Notes: generated from the letters alone by a model not told the origin. DNA of 64,000 bases from Epiperipatus broadwayi (GCA_028023455.1 JAQFVV010000004.1:21452001-21516000); one strand, 5' to 3'. Shown: positions 38,900-53,429, counted from the stretch's first letter. Numbers and translations are program-made.

Positions 38900-41800
38900 A
38901 TCTACATATATGCTAAATTTATTAGTCTAAAAACCAGGTGACAGAGGGCAATTTTTGTAAACACATTTTATTTTTTAAAATTCTGAGAATTGGCTTTCTC
39001 TTCTCCCTTAAAAGTAAACTAATCAATTGAAAACGCAAAGACATTTTAAACTTCTTCCCTCTCCCAGCAAAGATTTTGTTTTCCTAAAATATAATTTGCC
39101 ATGTGTTTCAATTATAGATTTTACTTTTCATTTGGAAAACCAGGTGTTTTATAAACAATTATAAAAGAGGTTGAATTAGTTTTGAAAATAATATTAAAAC
39201 TGGGATTTTTAATTTATTTGAAGGGACAAATATATGTCATTTGATTTATGTTAGCCGAGATAAGTTAAGGTCTCCTAGACCTTTCAAGCTATCATGCAAT
39301 GTATTTCTTAATATTGAAACGATAACTTTCCATGCCCCTATCGTTTCACCATCAAACCTAATGACACTCTCATCTGTGCTAAGTTCGAACCTATTTAAAT
39401 GTTAATAAATCTAAAATTCGCTCATGTCTGTATAAACAGTATTATATATTTGCGTGCGAACCAACGCTATAATTAGATAGGATTAGTAAAATTATAGCAT
39501 ACTAAATTTATTTAATATTTCTAAAAATATTCGTTATATTATTTAAGTTAAGTGTAAATTATTAATTTTGTTGTTTAATATTGTAATTTCGTATGTGGAT
39601 ATATAATCTGTGCTATATAGAAGAAAGACATGATTTAAAATATGTAAAAGCCAGTATCTAAAAATAATATTAAATGTCTTTAAAAATTGTTAAAAGATTT
39701 CTTGTTTTAAATATATTTCAGGGAAAAAGTTTCTCGAAAATATATTTAAAAGCTATATCAAAATGTTTGTAAATTATTTTAAATAAATATGTTTAAAATG
39801 TTTTCGTTTTAAAAAAATGTTGAAAAGTTGTTTTTAAATAGAAAGAGTTTTTCTATTATATGTAAGATTAAAAATAAAAGCTGGTCAAGTAATTAAAAGA
39901 TTTTTGATTGTAAACAAGTGTCATTAACGATCACACCTGGAATTCGTAAAAAGTAAAACTAGTTCAAAATTTACTAATTAAAATCTCCTTAGATAAGAGT
40001 AAGTTATTTTAAAATCTAAATTGGACAATTGTTTGCAACGAAAAATCTTAATTATAATAGCTTATGGAATGTTTCTAACATAAGTTATCTAAGATCTGGA
40101 TTATAAATTGAAAGTTATTTAATTAAATTCCTGAGTTTAGTGAGTCTTGAGGCGATAGATTCCGATAAGGAAAAGATATAAATACTCTGTATTTTTAACA
40201 AGGAGGACGGCCATATTGTTAGTGAGAATTGCAGCCAGTCTTCACAATTGTTAATGTTTAACATGTCCGGCTAAAAGCGGGCATCTTGTTGCTGTTACTC
40301 CGCGGGAGAACGAGGTTTCTCGTCGAAATGCCTAAACCACCATCATGCCAATGGAAGAGACGAGCCTAACATAATGGGAAAGATGATGCCGCCCAGTCAA
40401 ACTAAACCAAACCAATAGCCAAGAACTTGCAGTCCAGATAAATAATACCGGTACCGTTTTATTTTTCAAACCGCAGAGCTCTGTGTAATTCTAAATGTAA
40501 ATATATCTATATAAGTTAGCTAACTTTTTTTTTTAAATAATTATAAAACTAATATGTACCCAAAACTTAAATCCATTTAATTAATATTTTAAATATGTCA
40601 ATTGCTATCCAAAATTTAATGTGTTAAAGTTCAAATAATCTGACTTATTTATATTTTCCATTCACTTCAAAGTAAATTATTTAGTTTAAAGTTATATCAC
40701 TGCGGTTGTGTCTATATTTCTTTGCTTATTTTATTTTAAATGCTTATTATATTTCATATGCCAATATTTCGAAACAGTGAGCACTTAATTTTATGTATAT
40801 TTTAAGAAGATATTATTTGAAAATCTTCGTGTAATTTGTTTATAGCGTCAACTTTCTGCGCTGTTTCGAAATCCTATTTTTTATTATTTAAAAGATTTAA
40901 TATGTGAAATGTGGTTTTTTTAATCAACCGTTTAAGAACTTAACTTGATAAGTTTATTTTAGAATTAAATTTAGCATTGATCATATGTATAAGTATATTT
41001 GACATTTAAATTCTTAAGTCCATAAAAATATACTTTTCCTCCTTAAATATTTATTATCTATAAGTAATTTAATAGATCGAACATGTCAAAGTACAGATGT
41101 AGTTAATATTCTCTTTCGTAGCATAGATGTTTATTACCAGGCTACACAAGAGTTGGTCCCAATTTGATAGAGCTAATATGCTATTAACTCGTATTTCATA
41201 GTATGAAATATACTATTCTTTGCTTGATCGGATGTGATATTATTTTATAAAAATATTCTCGTTTTGCTGCTATACGTAATATACGTATCTTAAGATGGAG
41301 CCACGGCATTGCCAGCACATCTTCTTTTAGAGGGTAGAGCAGTAGCAAAGCCTGAGCCAAGGCCAGGTTAGCACGTAAGTCCTTCGCCATTCCTGAACAT
41401 AATGTTTCTTTTCACGCAGCATTGCGATCGGTTACAGGGTACCGGCGTTTGTTGCAAGAACCCTGAAGTTATTTCATCCATCCGCAGAGCGACTTCCTAT
41501 TATTGTTTACCTGTGCCATAGCGCATTGGTAACATCTTATGCAGCCAACTCTCCCACCTTAACATAACGCTTTCAGCATTCTGAAATTTTCTCTCGAAAG
41601 CCATGTTCGATTGGTCATTACTTGAGCTGGTTTATGCGCTTGTTATTAAGTCATATTGTATATTTTAGTAAATGAATTCATGATCAAAGTTTAATATAAT
41701 TATTTATATACCAGCCACAAATGTAATAGGATTTGGCTTATCGAGATTTATAGACTTAACGTAGTGATTGATTATGTATTAATTGAAAAGCAACTCATAA

Positions 41801-42357
41801 GATGGGCACATGTTAAACCCATTTATGAAAATTAAATAAAAATTATTTATATAAAGCTGTTTTGAACTGTATATATAAAGAGAATGTGTTCTCGTAATTA
41901 CCAAATGTTTGCGTACATTCTACGCTGAATGCTGTTGTAAATAAGTGATATATAGCTATGCCAATTGTAAATAAATATATAATTAATTTAATGTATTTCG
42001 TTCTCTGTCTCGTTATTGATCTAATTCAATCCAATTCTAATTATTATTTATAGTCTATATATGTGAAAACTATGCATTAAGTTAAATTAGATTAGTGATA
42101 TATTTTAGTCAATTAAAAACCTCTCTTTTAATTATCAGTCTTATTGCTTCTCCGTGACCTATGTCGGCCATGTGGAAAGAGGTATACTACGTGTAATTTC
42201 AAGGTGGTAATTCTTAGGGTCTTGAGTCTTGGAATCCTGGCTTATGAGTTGAAGTGTGGTCGAACTTGGGATGTCACAGTCCTAGTCTGGTCAGCTTCGG
42301 TCTCTTTTGCTTGGATTCTGAATTCTGTTACGCGAATGTACAAACTTGACTGTTACA
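38900..42357. mobile_element. Unclassified repeat ending ...gactgttaca|ATAT, copy D (left boundary uncertain)
   Basis: Contains GC-richer islands at ~40200-40460, 41200-41630 and 42150-42357. Its 3' end ttgcttggattct...tgactgttaca|atat recurs in diverged form at ~43270-43407 (ttgcttggtttct...tgactgttaca|atat). Confidence 0.45.
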
Positions 42358-44173
42358 ATATGTATGTATAAGATTTTTAGGGTAGACCTTCAATTAAGCA
42401 GGATATTTGAATCTTTTAATTCTTTTAAGTATTTCAATGTGATAAACTGCTTATACCTTAGTTTGGCCAATAAAATAATATATGACTGCCTGTTTAAACT
42501 TATAATGTGGCCACTCACGTCTGTCTTTGTTGAGGTTTTAATTGCAGACTTTTGCAGAACAGTTATTTAGTGCTCTTCATTTTAATCAATTTTGCTTAAG
42601 TGGGTTATTTATATATTTATTTTTTTGTAAATTTGTATATTGGTTCTTCAAGCAGATGTTTATTCGTGCCTTAGGGAAATGGATTTGCCAGGTATTCCTA
42701 GATATGATCACGCTAAAGGCAAGCATATCTCATATTGTCATACTGGTCATTATTTTATTATTATCAAATATGTTTTATAATCTAGCATTTTGCTTCATAT
42801 TTTCTTTATATATATTTTAATACCTGAGATTCCAAGTGTGCAACTGTCATAATTCTGAGTATATGGTAGTCATCTATTTATGATTGTAATTTTTATATGG
42901 TTAAGAATACATTTCCATCTTAACCTTGCTTAATTATTCATTGATTAATCAGTAAACCATCACAGAATATCTATAGTCCTTTTATTTATGTAAGTTAATG
43001 ATAGTTAATCTGTTTAGTCACTAATTAATTTCACTCTAACTTGTAAGAAATGCAAATGATCTTGGGTTTAAATCTGGACATGTAAATTTTTACTTCGTTT
43101 TAGTTTTTTTTCCTTTATTATTGTTACTAATAAATACCTCTTGCATTTTGTGTCCTCTTTACCACAATAAATTCAGTAATTAATATAGTTTTTAAGAGTT
43201 TCTTGTATCTCCCTGACCTAGCAGTATATAAGAAAAGGGTATATATACTGATATCAGATACGATGGTCACATGAGAAGGTAATGATGTTCAATTTTGTAC
43301 TGTTTGTGGTAATCTTTATATCAATGTTATACAAGGACATGCAGGTTAGTGATTATTGCTTGGTTTCTAGGATTAATTTTACTGGCTACACATTTCTGAC
43401 TGTTACAATATTAATAAAAATTCACTGTATTAGCTTAAAATTTAATTAAATCATCAACAATGTAATCTCATTAAATGTTCATCACTTATAGAAAACCAAA
43501 AAATGTGACTGTAATTTATAATCTAAAATTCATTTATTTAGCACTTAAATTAATGAATTTAAAAAGTATAACCCATTTAATTGCAGTCTTTTTAGTATGT
43601 TTGCATATATTAAGTTTTGACTTGAAGATAGATTTAGTTACACTTAATCATTATTGGTATTAGTTTGCTATTTAAAAATATAATTTATTCTAGTATTTTA
43701 TAATAAAATTAAAAATCATTCATAATATGGACTTGCATCACTAGGTTTATATTTTTATTATTTATTTTAAAGTTGCTTTGTGATATAATTTAAATAATTT
43801 CCTTTCTTTCTGATAACGTTGCATTTTATTCAATATTTAGTAAAGCATCTCTTTTTTGTATTTAGTTTTTTTTGCAATGTTCAAATTTTATTAAATAATG
43901 TCAGTATTTTGATTGTTCAATAATCTTCTTTAGAGATTTCCTTTCTCCTATTACTTAACAAACATTATTTAATAAAATTTGAACATTTTAAATATTAAAT
44001 GCGAAAAGAATATAGCAAAATATTTTAGTTATAACACTTGTATATCTCATATAAAATCTGCTCATTATTCTATTATATCTGGCTAATAATTATTTTAAAT
44101 TCTTTGTTTATAAATTCTTATTTAATTTGACATTAAATAAAAGGATTTTCTAACATCAGACTTTTTTCTCCAG

Positions 44174-44345
44174 TCTTGCTGGTGTTTCACGAAGTGTGAC
44201 AATTGCTGTAGCTTATATGATGTCAGTTACAAGTTTAAGTTGGAGAGAAGCTCTGAATGCAGTTAGAAGTGCTAGAACAATTGCAAATCCAAATTTTGGG
44301 TTTCAAAAACAATTACAAGAATATGATTTTCATCACCTAGTAAAA
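44174..44345 (+). CDS. DUSP22: DUSP22/15-like coding exon (172 nt, phase 2-0) completing the catalytic P-loop
   Basis: ctccag acceptor and gtaagt donor. T completes Cys (TG|T), then LAGVSRSVTIAVAYMMSVTSLSWREALNAVRSARTIANPNFGFQKQLQEYDFHHLVK, giving the HCLAGVSRS (HCX5RS) motif and the AYMM and NPNxGFxxQL signatures. Confidence 0.97.
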
Positions 44346-44729
44346 GTAAGTAAAGCTATATATGCATATTATTATATGTTGGACTGTTTTCATCATGCAT
44401 TTGATTGTTAAATATTATAAAAAATTTAAATTCATATCTTTCCGAATATACTGTTAGTAATAGCATACATTTATTTGTTACAAATACCTTCATTTTAAAG
44501 CTTTTAATACTCTGGTTTTAGAATGGATTCATTTATAAAATCTTGGTCTTTAGAGCATGATATATATAATGAAGCGGATTACTCTTGTGTGCATATATAT
44601 ATATTTAATGTTTAAAAGAAAAGAACAAATACAGATAATATTTACATATATAATTGTTCAAAATAAAATCAGGAATGATTTAAAAATTAATTGATTAAAT
44701 AATAATATTTCTTGAAGTACTATAACAAA

Positions 44730-45005
44730 CAAGTATTACTGATATCATTGAAAGAATTAAGATACTGAAATAGAATTGGATTTGTCATATTTCTAGACAA
44801 CATAATAACAAATGAACTTTAGATTGGATCTTAATAAATCATAAAAGATCTAAAAAGAGGCCACCTGTCTGACAGATGGATAAAATAAAGAAATTTATTG
44901 GTATGATATGGAAACAGAAACTATGTATCAAAGAAGTTGGATTAAACTTGGGAAGATCTTCATCCTAAAGTGGATTGATAATGGTTGAAAATGATGATAA
45001 TGAAC
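44730..45005 (+). mobile_element. RTE LINE 3'-end fragment, related to 18765-19369
   Basis: TDIIERIK.LK.NWICHISR...WTL..LDW....KRSKKRPPV...IKKFIG..W...FILKWIDNG, followed by an atgatgataatga tail. Confidence 0.75.
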
Positions 45006-47399
45006 ATGAAATGGCCTTCACCACTGGAGGGAAGATATTGTATTTCTACAATTGCTGATCCTATAGTTTGGCTTTTTAAAAATGCTTTTGCTTTCAGCAT
45101 TTTCTATTTCTAATCATTTAACTTATATATGCAAGAATTGTATCTTTTTTTCTCCATCTAATAGAAAAACCAGCTGATATTTTTTGTGGTACATTTAAAG
45201 TTATAAGCATTAGTATACAATATCTACATAGAAAATTTTTTTCCTATGTTGTTTGTAAATGTATAAGTCAAATATTTTATCAAGATAATTAAACAGGTGC
45301 TGTTTCACATAAAATTGTAACTGCACATTGATGAAGGATTTTGCCCGTTTGCTTTTGGTTTAACTCATTAGTAATTTATACAGATTATTGTTTAATAATC
45401 TATAATAATTTTTGTATTTACAACTTATATGTCCAATAGACCTACAAAAATTTTATAAGAGTTTTGTAGCTCCCAGACTTCAAAAGAATTTCAAAATATT
45501 CTCTCTTAGTTCACTTTCATTTGATAATCTGTATAATGGGAGAAATTTATTATGTAAATTTGACATTTTGATTATTCAATAATCTTTAAAGTGTTACTTA
45601 AAAAATTTATATATTGTGGTATTAAAATATTACTTCATTTTACATATTTTTATTATATTTATATGTAAACAATACTTTTTAATTATTACATTTTAAATAC
45701 ATATATATAATAGCAATCCTCCTATTTGTCAAAAGAGATCATCAAAGTCAATTTAACATAAATTATAATAATCATATAGATATAAAAAGTTAGTGCTTAA
45801 TAATTAAAATAATCTTTGAGATTTCACACTCAAATCCAAATAACAAATGAAACAAAATAGGAGTAAAAATATAATTTAATTCAATCATTTAATAGTAAAT
45901 TATACTAATGGTCAGTCCTAGCTTTATTAATAAAATATTAATTAAGGTCACCATTAAATCATGCCTAAATAACTGAAGGAAAATTATATCCTCTATAGAT
46001 TACAAATTTATATTAGATTATAAATTAAAGTGCCATCCCAAAGCTGGGAAATCCATAAGGGGATATTCTATACTTTCAGTTTTATTAAAAACACTACCAC
46101 GACTAATTCAGTTGAGTATAAACTCTTTATTTCTTTAGCTATTATAAATTTAATTTATAATTTAAATGATAGAACTTATGACAAAAGAAACAGAAGGTCA
46201 GATAAATAATTATAAAAAAATTATTATACAATAAGATATATAAAATTTAAAACATCATTACCATCATTCAAGAGATCACTCTTTTAAACACTAAAGTTTT
46301 ATCAATGTCTTCAATTTAAAATCCCTTTTATGTTAAATTTACCTTTTTTTTCCTTTGTTTGTTTGCTTTTCATTATGGAGTCTATTTCAGCATTGAAGAT
46401 GCTGTACATCATCTTTGAAAATGTAGAAACAATAATTATTTTTAATTTTGTTAGCAGCTTTAAATTTACATTTATTCAGATCTTATTCCCTTATATCATA
46501 TCTCTTCTTTTCTCAAAAGGCAAATATTTTGTGGGAGAGGACTTTCAGCAATTATTTGTAATCATATTTTTTTAAGCATAGATCAGGTGCAATTCAGAAA
46601 TGGCAGTTGAAGTTTGATGACATATCAGGCCAAAGATAAATAATCAATTCAGGCTACATCATATAGGATAAACGTCACATTCTGTGTTTAATTATGACTC
46701 ATTGTTATGACCATTTTATATTATTTGATTTTGTTCATAACTTGGTTGTTTAATAAAAATAAACTTAAAAGTTTTACAAACGACTAATATCAATTGTAAA
46801 ACAAAAGATAGACCAGAGACGCTGACAAGAACACTAGCTTTAAATAAAAATTTTAAAATCACATTTTATTTAAACCAACATTGATTAAAATAAATAAATC
46901 GTATTCTATTTTCTAATCATGTTTTTTTTACTTATGGCAAATATTTATTATAATACTTCTAAATCCCTTTATAAATTGATATTCTAACAAAGTAAAACTT
47001 AAATCTTTATTTTAAAGGGGGAAAAAATCAGATTTCTATTATTTAAACTTTAAGTAACTGTCCTTTGAATTTTAATTTTAGAGTTGACACAAGTAAATTT
47101 TAATTTGTAAACAAAAAGAAATCTTTTTTTTTTCTAACTTGTCTACTTTTTTTAAATAATATCCAAAGATAACAGCCCTTAACTACTCTTGCAGACGATT
47201 ATGTATCTTGCTTTGCAATCAATACATTGCCTTCCTAGCAGGTCACCCTAAATCAAATAAAAATACTTATCAAGAACTAGACTCATCTGTGTCTTATAAA
47301 TTCGTGAGTGTACTTTGATGTAGGTTTAGATTATTATAAAGTCATTCATGGTACGTGAAAAGAAGCAGTTCTAATCATTACCTGAGTGCATCTATTACA

Positions 47400-50300
47400 T
47401 TTTTGGCTCACCCAAACATGGGGCATTTGAAGAGAGAATCGCTTCTCCATTATCTTATCTGTTACATTTTTGAATGCCCAATGAAAGCTTGAGTGTGCTT
47501 AATGATTACAATTAATATAAGCTATCTTTATCTGTATTAGTGTTAAACTGAACTGATAAATGACTCAATAGATAATAATTTTAATTTTGTAGTTATACTT
47601 TGTTGAGGTTTTAAATTTAGAGTTGTCAAATTGTTTTCTGAAAATGGGTGCAACAATACATGAATTAATAGATAACAAACCTAGGGCAAGTGAAGGCAAA
47701 GTACTAGATGGTGATATCTGGGCTTGCCTAATAAGTCTGGATTTATATTTATGCTTCTGAAAGTGCCAAAGTATGTGCTATATGTTAGTCAGATACCAAA
47801 AGAATGTGAGCTTACTATTAATAAACATTAAGGTTTATGACGCAATTATAAAATAAATAGTAAGATGTATTTGAAGCCAACTTATTAATTTAATAAATGT
47901 ATTCGTCTCCTATTTATTTTGGAAGATCAATGGAAAGCATTGATACTTGCTGTTTGAATGTATTTACAATAGCATAATACAAAGTCTAGAGCATAGTCAT
48001 AAAATTTACACTATGTTGCACTTGATATAAGTTGAAATTTGAGAAAACATACATTAGTTTGGAATAATGATATTATGACGAGGTAAATCCATCACTGTTG
48101 AGAAATGATGCTATTGTGGTTCTTTATGTTGGGAGGGTTTTTTTTGTATAAATTAAAATATTTATAAGTAGATATCTAATTGAGTTGTAAGGATTAAATT
48201 TTATATAGCATAGTAGAAAGAAATATGTTATTCATTTCATTTAATCTAGGATATATTGAGTTGAGATGGAAATTTATGTTCTTTCCTTTTTTTAAATAAA
48301 TACAAAATAAGCTATGGAAAATAAGAAAGAATTAGACATTAAGTCAGGGAAGATAAGTTAGTGTGGTTTCTGTCACATCAAAACTGATCAAAGTGAACCT
48401 ATAATAGCAATGTTGAAGAGCTTGATGACTGAAATGAAACAAAGCCAGGAAGAGCTTAAACAAGAAATGAAATAAAGTCAGAGATCTAATGAATAAGATC
48501 AATGAAAATGAAATAAAATGTGGATAAAAATCAGAAAATACTTAGACAAGAAATGAAACAAAGCCAGGAAATCTTAGTAATGAAGATAGAAAAGGGTCAA
48601 TATGAATTAGAAAATAGACTAAAGTAAAAGATTAATTATGTGCATACAGAATTAGTTCATGAAATAAAAATAGGACAAGAGCAAATACATAGCTTGAAAG
48701 TAAAGTTTAATGATTAGAGAGTAAGATGGAAGAAACTCAAGGTCAAATGCAAACCAAAATCAATAAATTAGAAAATAATATAGGAAAGGGACAAAATTGG
48801 ATCCAGAAGATGGAAACTAAAGAATAGGAAAATATTGATTAGAATGCCAGAATAAGAATAAAATCTTAGAAGTAGAGTTAGACAAATATCAACAAGAAAA
48901 TAATACAGGGATAGAGAAAATACAGAATAAATAAGAAAAGGAAATCAAAAGTTTTGAAACTGAAATCGAGCATAGTAATTCAAATTATAATGTTAATTTA
49001 GATATGGTAGAATCTAAATTAAATGACCTGGTTTTTTTAAAAGGGAGTTCCGTCACATAGATAATAACAATAAATATGAAATTTTATCCCTAGAAATGAA
49101 GTCTTGAAAATCTAAATGGTTTTATTGTTATTAGGTGACAAAGTGATTAACATAAGTTATTTCAACTGGGAACATAGGAATTTGGCTCACTCACAGAGTA
49201 GGGCCAATATGTGTTTTATTTATGATTGTAGTAATTTGGAAAATATACTTATTACAAGGCTACAATCAAATGAGTAAATTGCTATGAGAATAACAATATA
49301 TAATTTATAGTAATGAGCATAATCATAATTATATTTGGTATAAGGAGTCTATTTATTAGAAATAAAGGAGTTTATTATATTGGTCAAAATTTATGCAATC
49401 CATATAAAGTCATAGATTTATTTTATAATTATCTAATTAGGATGAAATTTTAAAATGCAAATGAATATAATATTTAGGAGATTTTTGTCTTGTTAATTTT
49501 TAGTTTGTTTAAAAATATACGTATAAATTTATAATTGTACTTAAAAGGATTCTCTAATGCTAAAGATCTGAAGCATATTATATTATCATAAATTAAAACA
49601 ATGTATCTGAATTCAATAAATATAAAAAAAATTTCCCATTGTATGATGGCCCATACAAAATAGTTAAGAAATTTGGGGAAAATGCATTTCTTCTGAAAAA
49701 TGGGAGAGATATTAAAGGGACATATAATGTCCATAATTTAAAACCATACCATAAAAAAATGACGATTTATAATTGTATATAATCAATGATTCTATTGTTA
49801 TGATAGTATAAATTTAGTTAATCCTAAATTATTAATGGAAGGTTTACTAATGACTCTGTTGTTGTTTAGAATTGTTTTCTTTATTTTTTATTAAAGACAG
49901 GAATATGTGATATGCACATCTATTAGTATTATCTGTCTATAGATAAATAAATGAAGAAAACAATTAGAAATAATATGTGTTTGATAAATAAATTCGAATT
50001 CAGAGTGAATGAATGAATTATTTGAGTGAAAATAAAAATAAAGTATTTTTATTGTATCGATTAATAAATAAATAATAAACTTCAAGATTAAAAGAAAGAA
50101 AAATTATTGTTTCTCGAGCTAGTTTAAAGAATGCATTGTTGCCACATAATGGAAAAACTCAGCAAAAAAGAAGTGAACACATACTTTCTTTTTCTTTGGA
50201 AAGATTTTTATTTACTCTACCTACTTTTCTGCAATATGCTGTGGGTTTTAGTATAAACTATAATGTACTTTGACTAAAGACTACAAGAAGGGGAGAATGT

Positions 50301-50765
50301 GGACTCTCCTCAATTAATGTCTGCAGGGGTAAATGAAATGGACAACAAATATGCTGAACCATTTGAAGCCATTGAATCTTCAGATTTGATATGAACTGTA
50401 GTGTTTAATAAAAAGGAATAGTTGAACGCCATCTAGTAATAATATCCATGGAATCCTACATCATTATTTATCATTATGGGAATGTTAAAAGAAGATATCA
50501 CGGAAGAATGTAACTGCAATCTGAATGTTAAAATGTTGATCTTGGTAACTAACGCTAATATAAAGAAATAATTTTAAAAATTCTCTGCTAAACTAATTTT
50601 ATCTTCAATATTCAAAAGAATAATAATAATACACTGATTGATGTCTATCCAAATTTTTTTTTAAAATTTAAATTATTAATGCAGTCTATATTATTTGATA
50701 TGTATTTAATTAATAGGTTAAGTAAGTAAGACTTAAACTGATTATATAATATTTAGAAAACAAAT
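47400..50765 (+). mobile_element. Ty3/Gypsy LTR retrotransposon relic, internally deleted
   Basis: ...ctattaca (47399) is followed by PBS-like tggctcacccaaacatggggc (47404-47424). A coiled-coil gag-like relic starts at 48410 (MLKSLMTEMKQSQEELKQEMK). Integrase GPY module YDGPYKIVKKFGENAFLLKNGRDIKGTYNVHNLKPYH at ~49642-49752. Polypurine tract aagaaggggagaa (50285-50297) precedes TGTGG. I could not align a matching LTR pair. Confidence 0.7.
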
Positions 50766-53150
50766 TGTTGTGTATTTACCCATGACTTGCATAAGGCAAA
50801 CCACAATTAATTAATAACTAAAAGTAAATTTAGACTAAAAGATTCATTACAAGTTATACAATACAAAACTAGAATATATATAAGCTCAATTATAAATAAT
50901 ATATACACATAATAATAAATGCTCCCGGAGTTCTCTTTAAATATAGTCCGACAATTATTGTCTCATTTAATGCATAGACTCCTTTACAACTAGGTTAAAT
51001 AAATAACAGTTCCCCAAATTAATACCTAAGAGCCCTTTAGGCTTATTAAAAAACAAAATAAGATCGGGATGATCTGCTTTAAATCTAGTCAGATTTTTAT
51101 ATCTTCAGATTCTGAAGCATCTGGGTTACCGACGATATTTGTTGCACACAAAAACTTAGCGAACACAAAGTAGGAAAAAAGACCCTTAACTCTACTATCC
51201 TGAGTTTTTATAGTTTTCAGTGTAATTGTTCTCTTATCCGCAATTTCCATTGCTTAAAATTTCTTTGCAAAGAATTTACTTAATTGCACTTTCCGGATCT
51301 ACTATTTTCATTAAGATTTTATCTTTACTAATCAGTTTAATATTTGCATTTCCATTATGAAGTCTGTTGAGTTTTCATTATCATTAATTAATACTTTTAA
51401 GTTAAACTTCTGTACTATTCTTATCGAACTTTTTTATCTATAATATACTACAATTCCTCCCCTCACTCCAGAAGTTGCAATTTTTTCTTAAACATAATCC
51501 TTCTATCTTTTTTTTTTTTTTATGCTCACAGGTCTGGGTGATTTATTTATTTCCAAAATTTCATGACTGTTTTCCTTGATTAACTGATTATCCTCGGTAT
51601 TTCTTCCCATGTTGCTTTTTTCATTACTACCTGCCTTCTGCATATTTGAATCTTGCCATATTTCGAGCTGCAAATCCTCTGGCTCTCTTTTCTTTATATG
51701 GTTCATGCGGCCGACTGTATTTTAAACCATTAATTCCACTAACCACGTATATCTAATTTGACAATATTTTATCTATTGTTCCTTGATCCATTTTTTATGT
51801 ATAATATCTCTTACCCTTACTGGTTCATCAACTCTAAATGATTTACTTTGCTTCATATTTGGAACACAAATCTTTTCATTAGGACGTAAAACTACCAATT
51901 TAGTTCTAGTTTTCATCTACACATTAATTTTGCCAGCGATTTTCCTGTCGTAGATAGCGTTGAATGTTGGTATAGCATAAATGTCTGTAAAGCATCTTGT
52001 ATTTCTATGTTACTCTTTTTTTTTTAAAGTTCTCTTTACTACTATACTGCATTCTTGGCTAATCCATGTGTCTGAGGGTGATATGAAGGAGTGCACACAT
52101 GATGAATCCCACATTTACAAAAAAACTGTCGTAATTCTCTAGTGATCCTGCTCTGTTATCTGATACAACCACTTCTGGAAAACCATGAATTGAGCATACC
52201 ATCTTTAAATACTTAATTGTTTCTAAGGCATTAGTATCTCGCAATATGGCATTCTATTCATCTTGAGAACGCATCTGTCATCAGCAGCATTTTTCCGTTC
52301 TCTGGTCCTGCATGATCAATATGAACTCTCTCCCATGTTTTTGTTGCTTTTGGCCAGGATGCAAAATGTTTTGCCAATAAAGCACTTTCTTATTGACATG
52401 CAGCACAAGCTTTAATGATATTTTCTATAGCTGCATTAATTTGCGGCTACCAGACATAGCTATGCACCAAAGCTTTCACATGTACTATGCCTGGATGTCC
52501 TTCATGGAGAAGCTTCAAATTTTATCCCTCCCTGTAGGTGGCATAACTACTTATCCCCCATTACTATCCACCCCCTACAAACAGATAACTGCTCTCTATT
52601 AGTCCAAAACCCCATTGCCACATAACTAGGTCTAATTTTAGGCTAGCCTTCTTAATCCAATTAATAAAAATATTGTACCCTTTTTCTTCTCTATTCCACT
52701 TTTGGACTGTATTAATATTTAACACTTGTGAGTTCGTTGTCAATATAATTAACTTCAAAACTCACTATTGCATGTCTCATCACTCTCTGGGAACCTTGAC
52801 AATGCATCCGCATGCGAGATTTCTTTCCCCTGTTTATATTTTAATAAATAATTATATGCAGGTAACACATTCTGTTATCGTAACATATGCAGACTTAAAT
52901 GTTTGGGTGTTGCATGATCATTTCTAAAAATCTCCAACCAAAGGCTTATGATCAGGAATAATTTCAAACTACGTCCTAAAACAAATATGATATTTTTTCA
53001 CTGCAAAAATGATTGTGAGACATTCTTTATTAATTTGATTATAATTACACTCAGCTTTTGACAATGTTCTGGACGTATAAGCTTTAGGCCACTCGTTATT
53101 ATCTATAGGGTGAGCTATAGACTGGTAGCAGTAATTTCCATTATTTATAA
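50766..53150 (-). mobile_element. Ty3/Gypsy (Mag/K02A2.6-like) retrotransposon 3' half: RNase H, integrase, PPT and 3' LTR
   Basis: The minus strand reads AYTSRTLSKAECNYNQINKECLTIIFAVKKYH, DHKPL, YKQGKEISHADALSR, LLHEGHPGIVHVKALVHSYVW.PQINAAIENIIKACAACQ, HGFPEVVVSDN and SFRVDEPVRVRD...KW. PPT gaggggaggaat (51453-51464) precedes an LTR TGTAGT...ACAACA at ~51452-50766. Confidence 0.92.
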
Positions 53151-53311
53151 AAGATTTATATTAAGTTTAATAGATTTAGGACTTGGGTGGAAAAGAATAA
53201 AATTTTGAATGACATTTCAAATTGATTTAATTCAGGGAGATATGAGAATTTTATTTGTTATATTTCATTTTATTTAAATATTTATATTTTTGGACACAAG
53301 AAAATGTTTAT

Positions 53312-53408
53312 GTCAGCGTTGATGATAGAGAGATCAGCACAGCTGCATTACAAGCAGTTGTCCCGGGTTAGCGGGTTCGCTTTCTGGCCGATGCTATGAC
53401 ACATGAAA
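53312..53408 (+). mobile_element. Short tRNA-derived SINE with target-site duplication (older copy)
   Basis: Flanked by aagaaaatgtttat (53298-53311 and 53409-53422). Carries B-box-like gggttcgctttc and shares its 3' end ggccgatgctatgacac with the 63353 copy. Confidence 0.85.
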
Positions 53409-53429
53409 AAGAAAATGTTTATGATTGGA

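Noticed and set aside
44196-44411. Supplied 71-aa ORF as a complete protein
   Set aside because: It is the phosphatase exon read through its donor at 44346 into the intron; the GTG start is internal.
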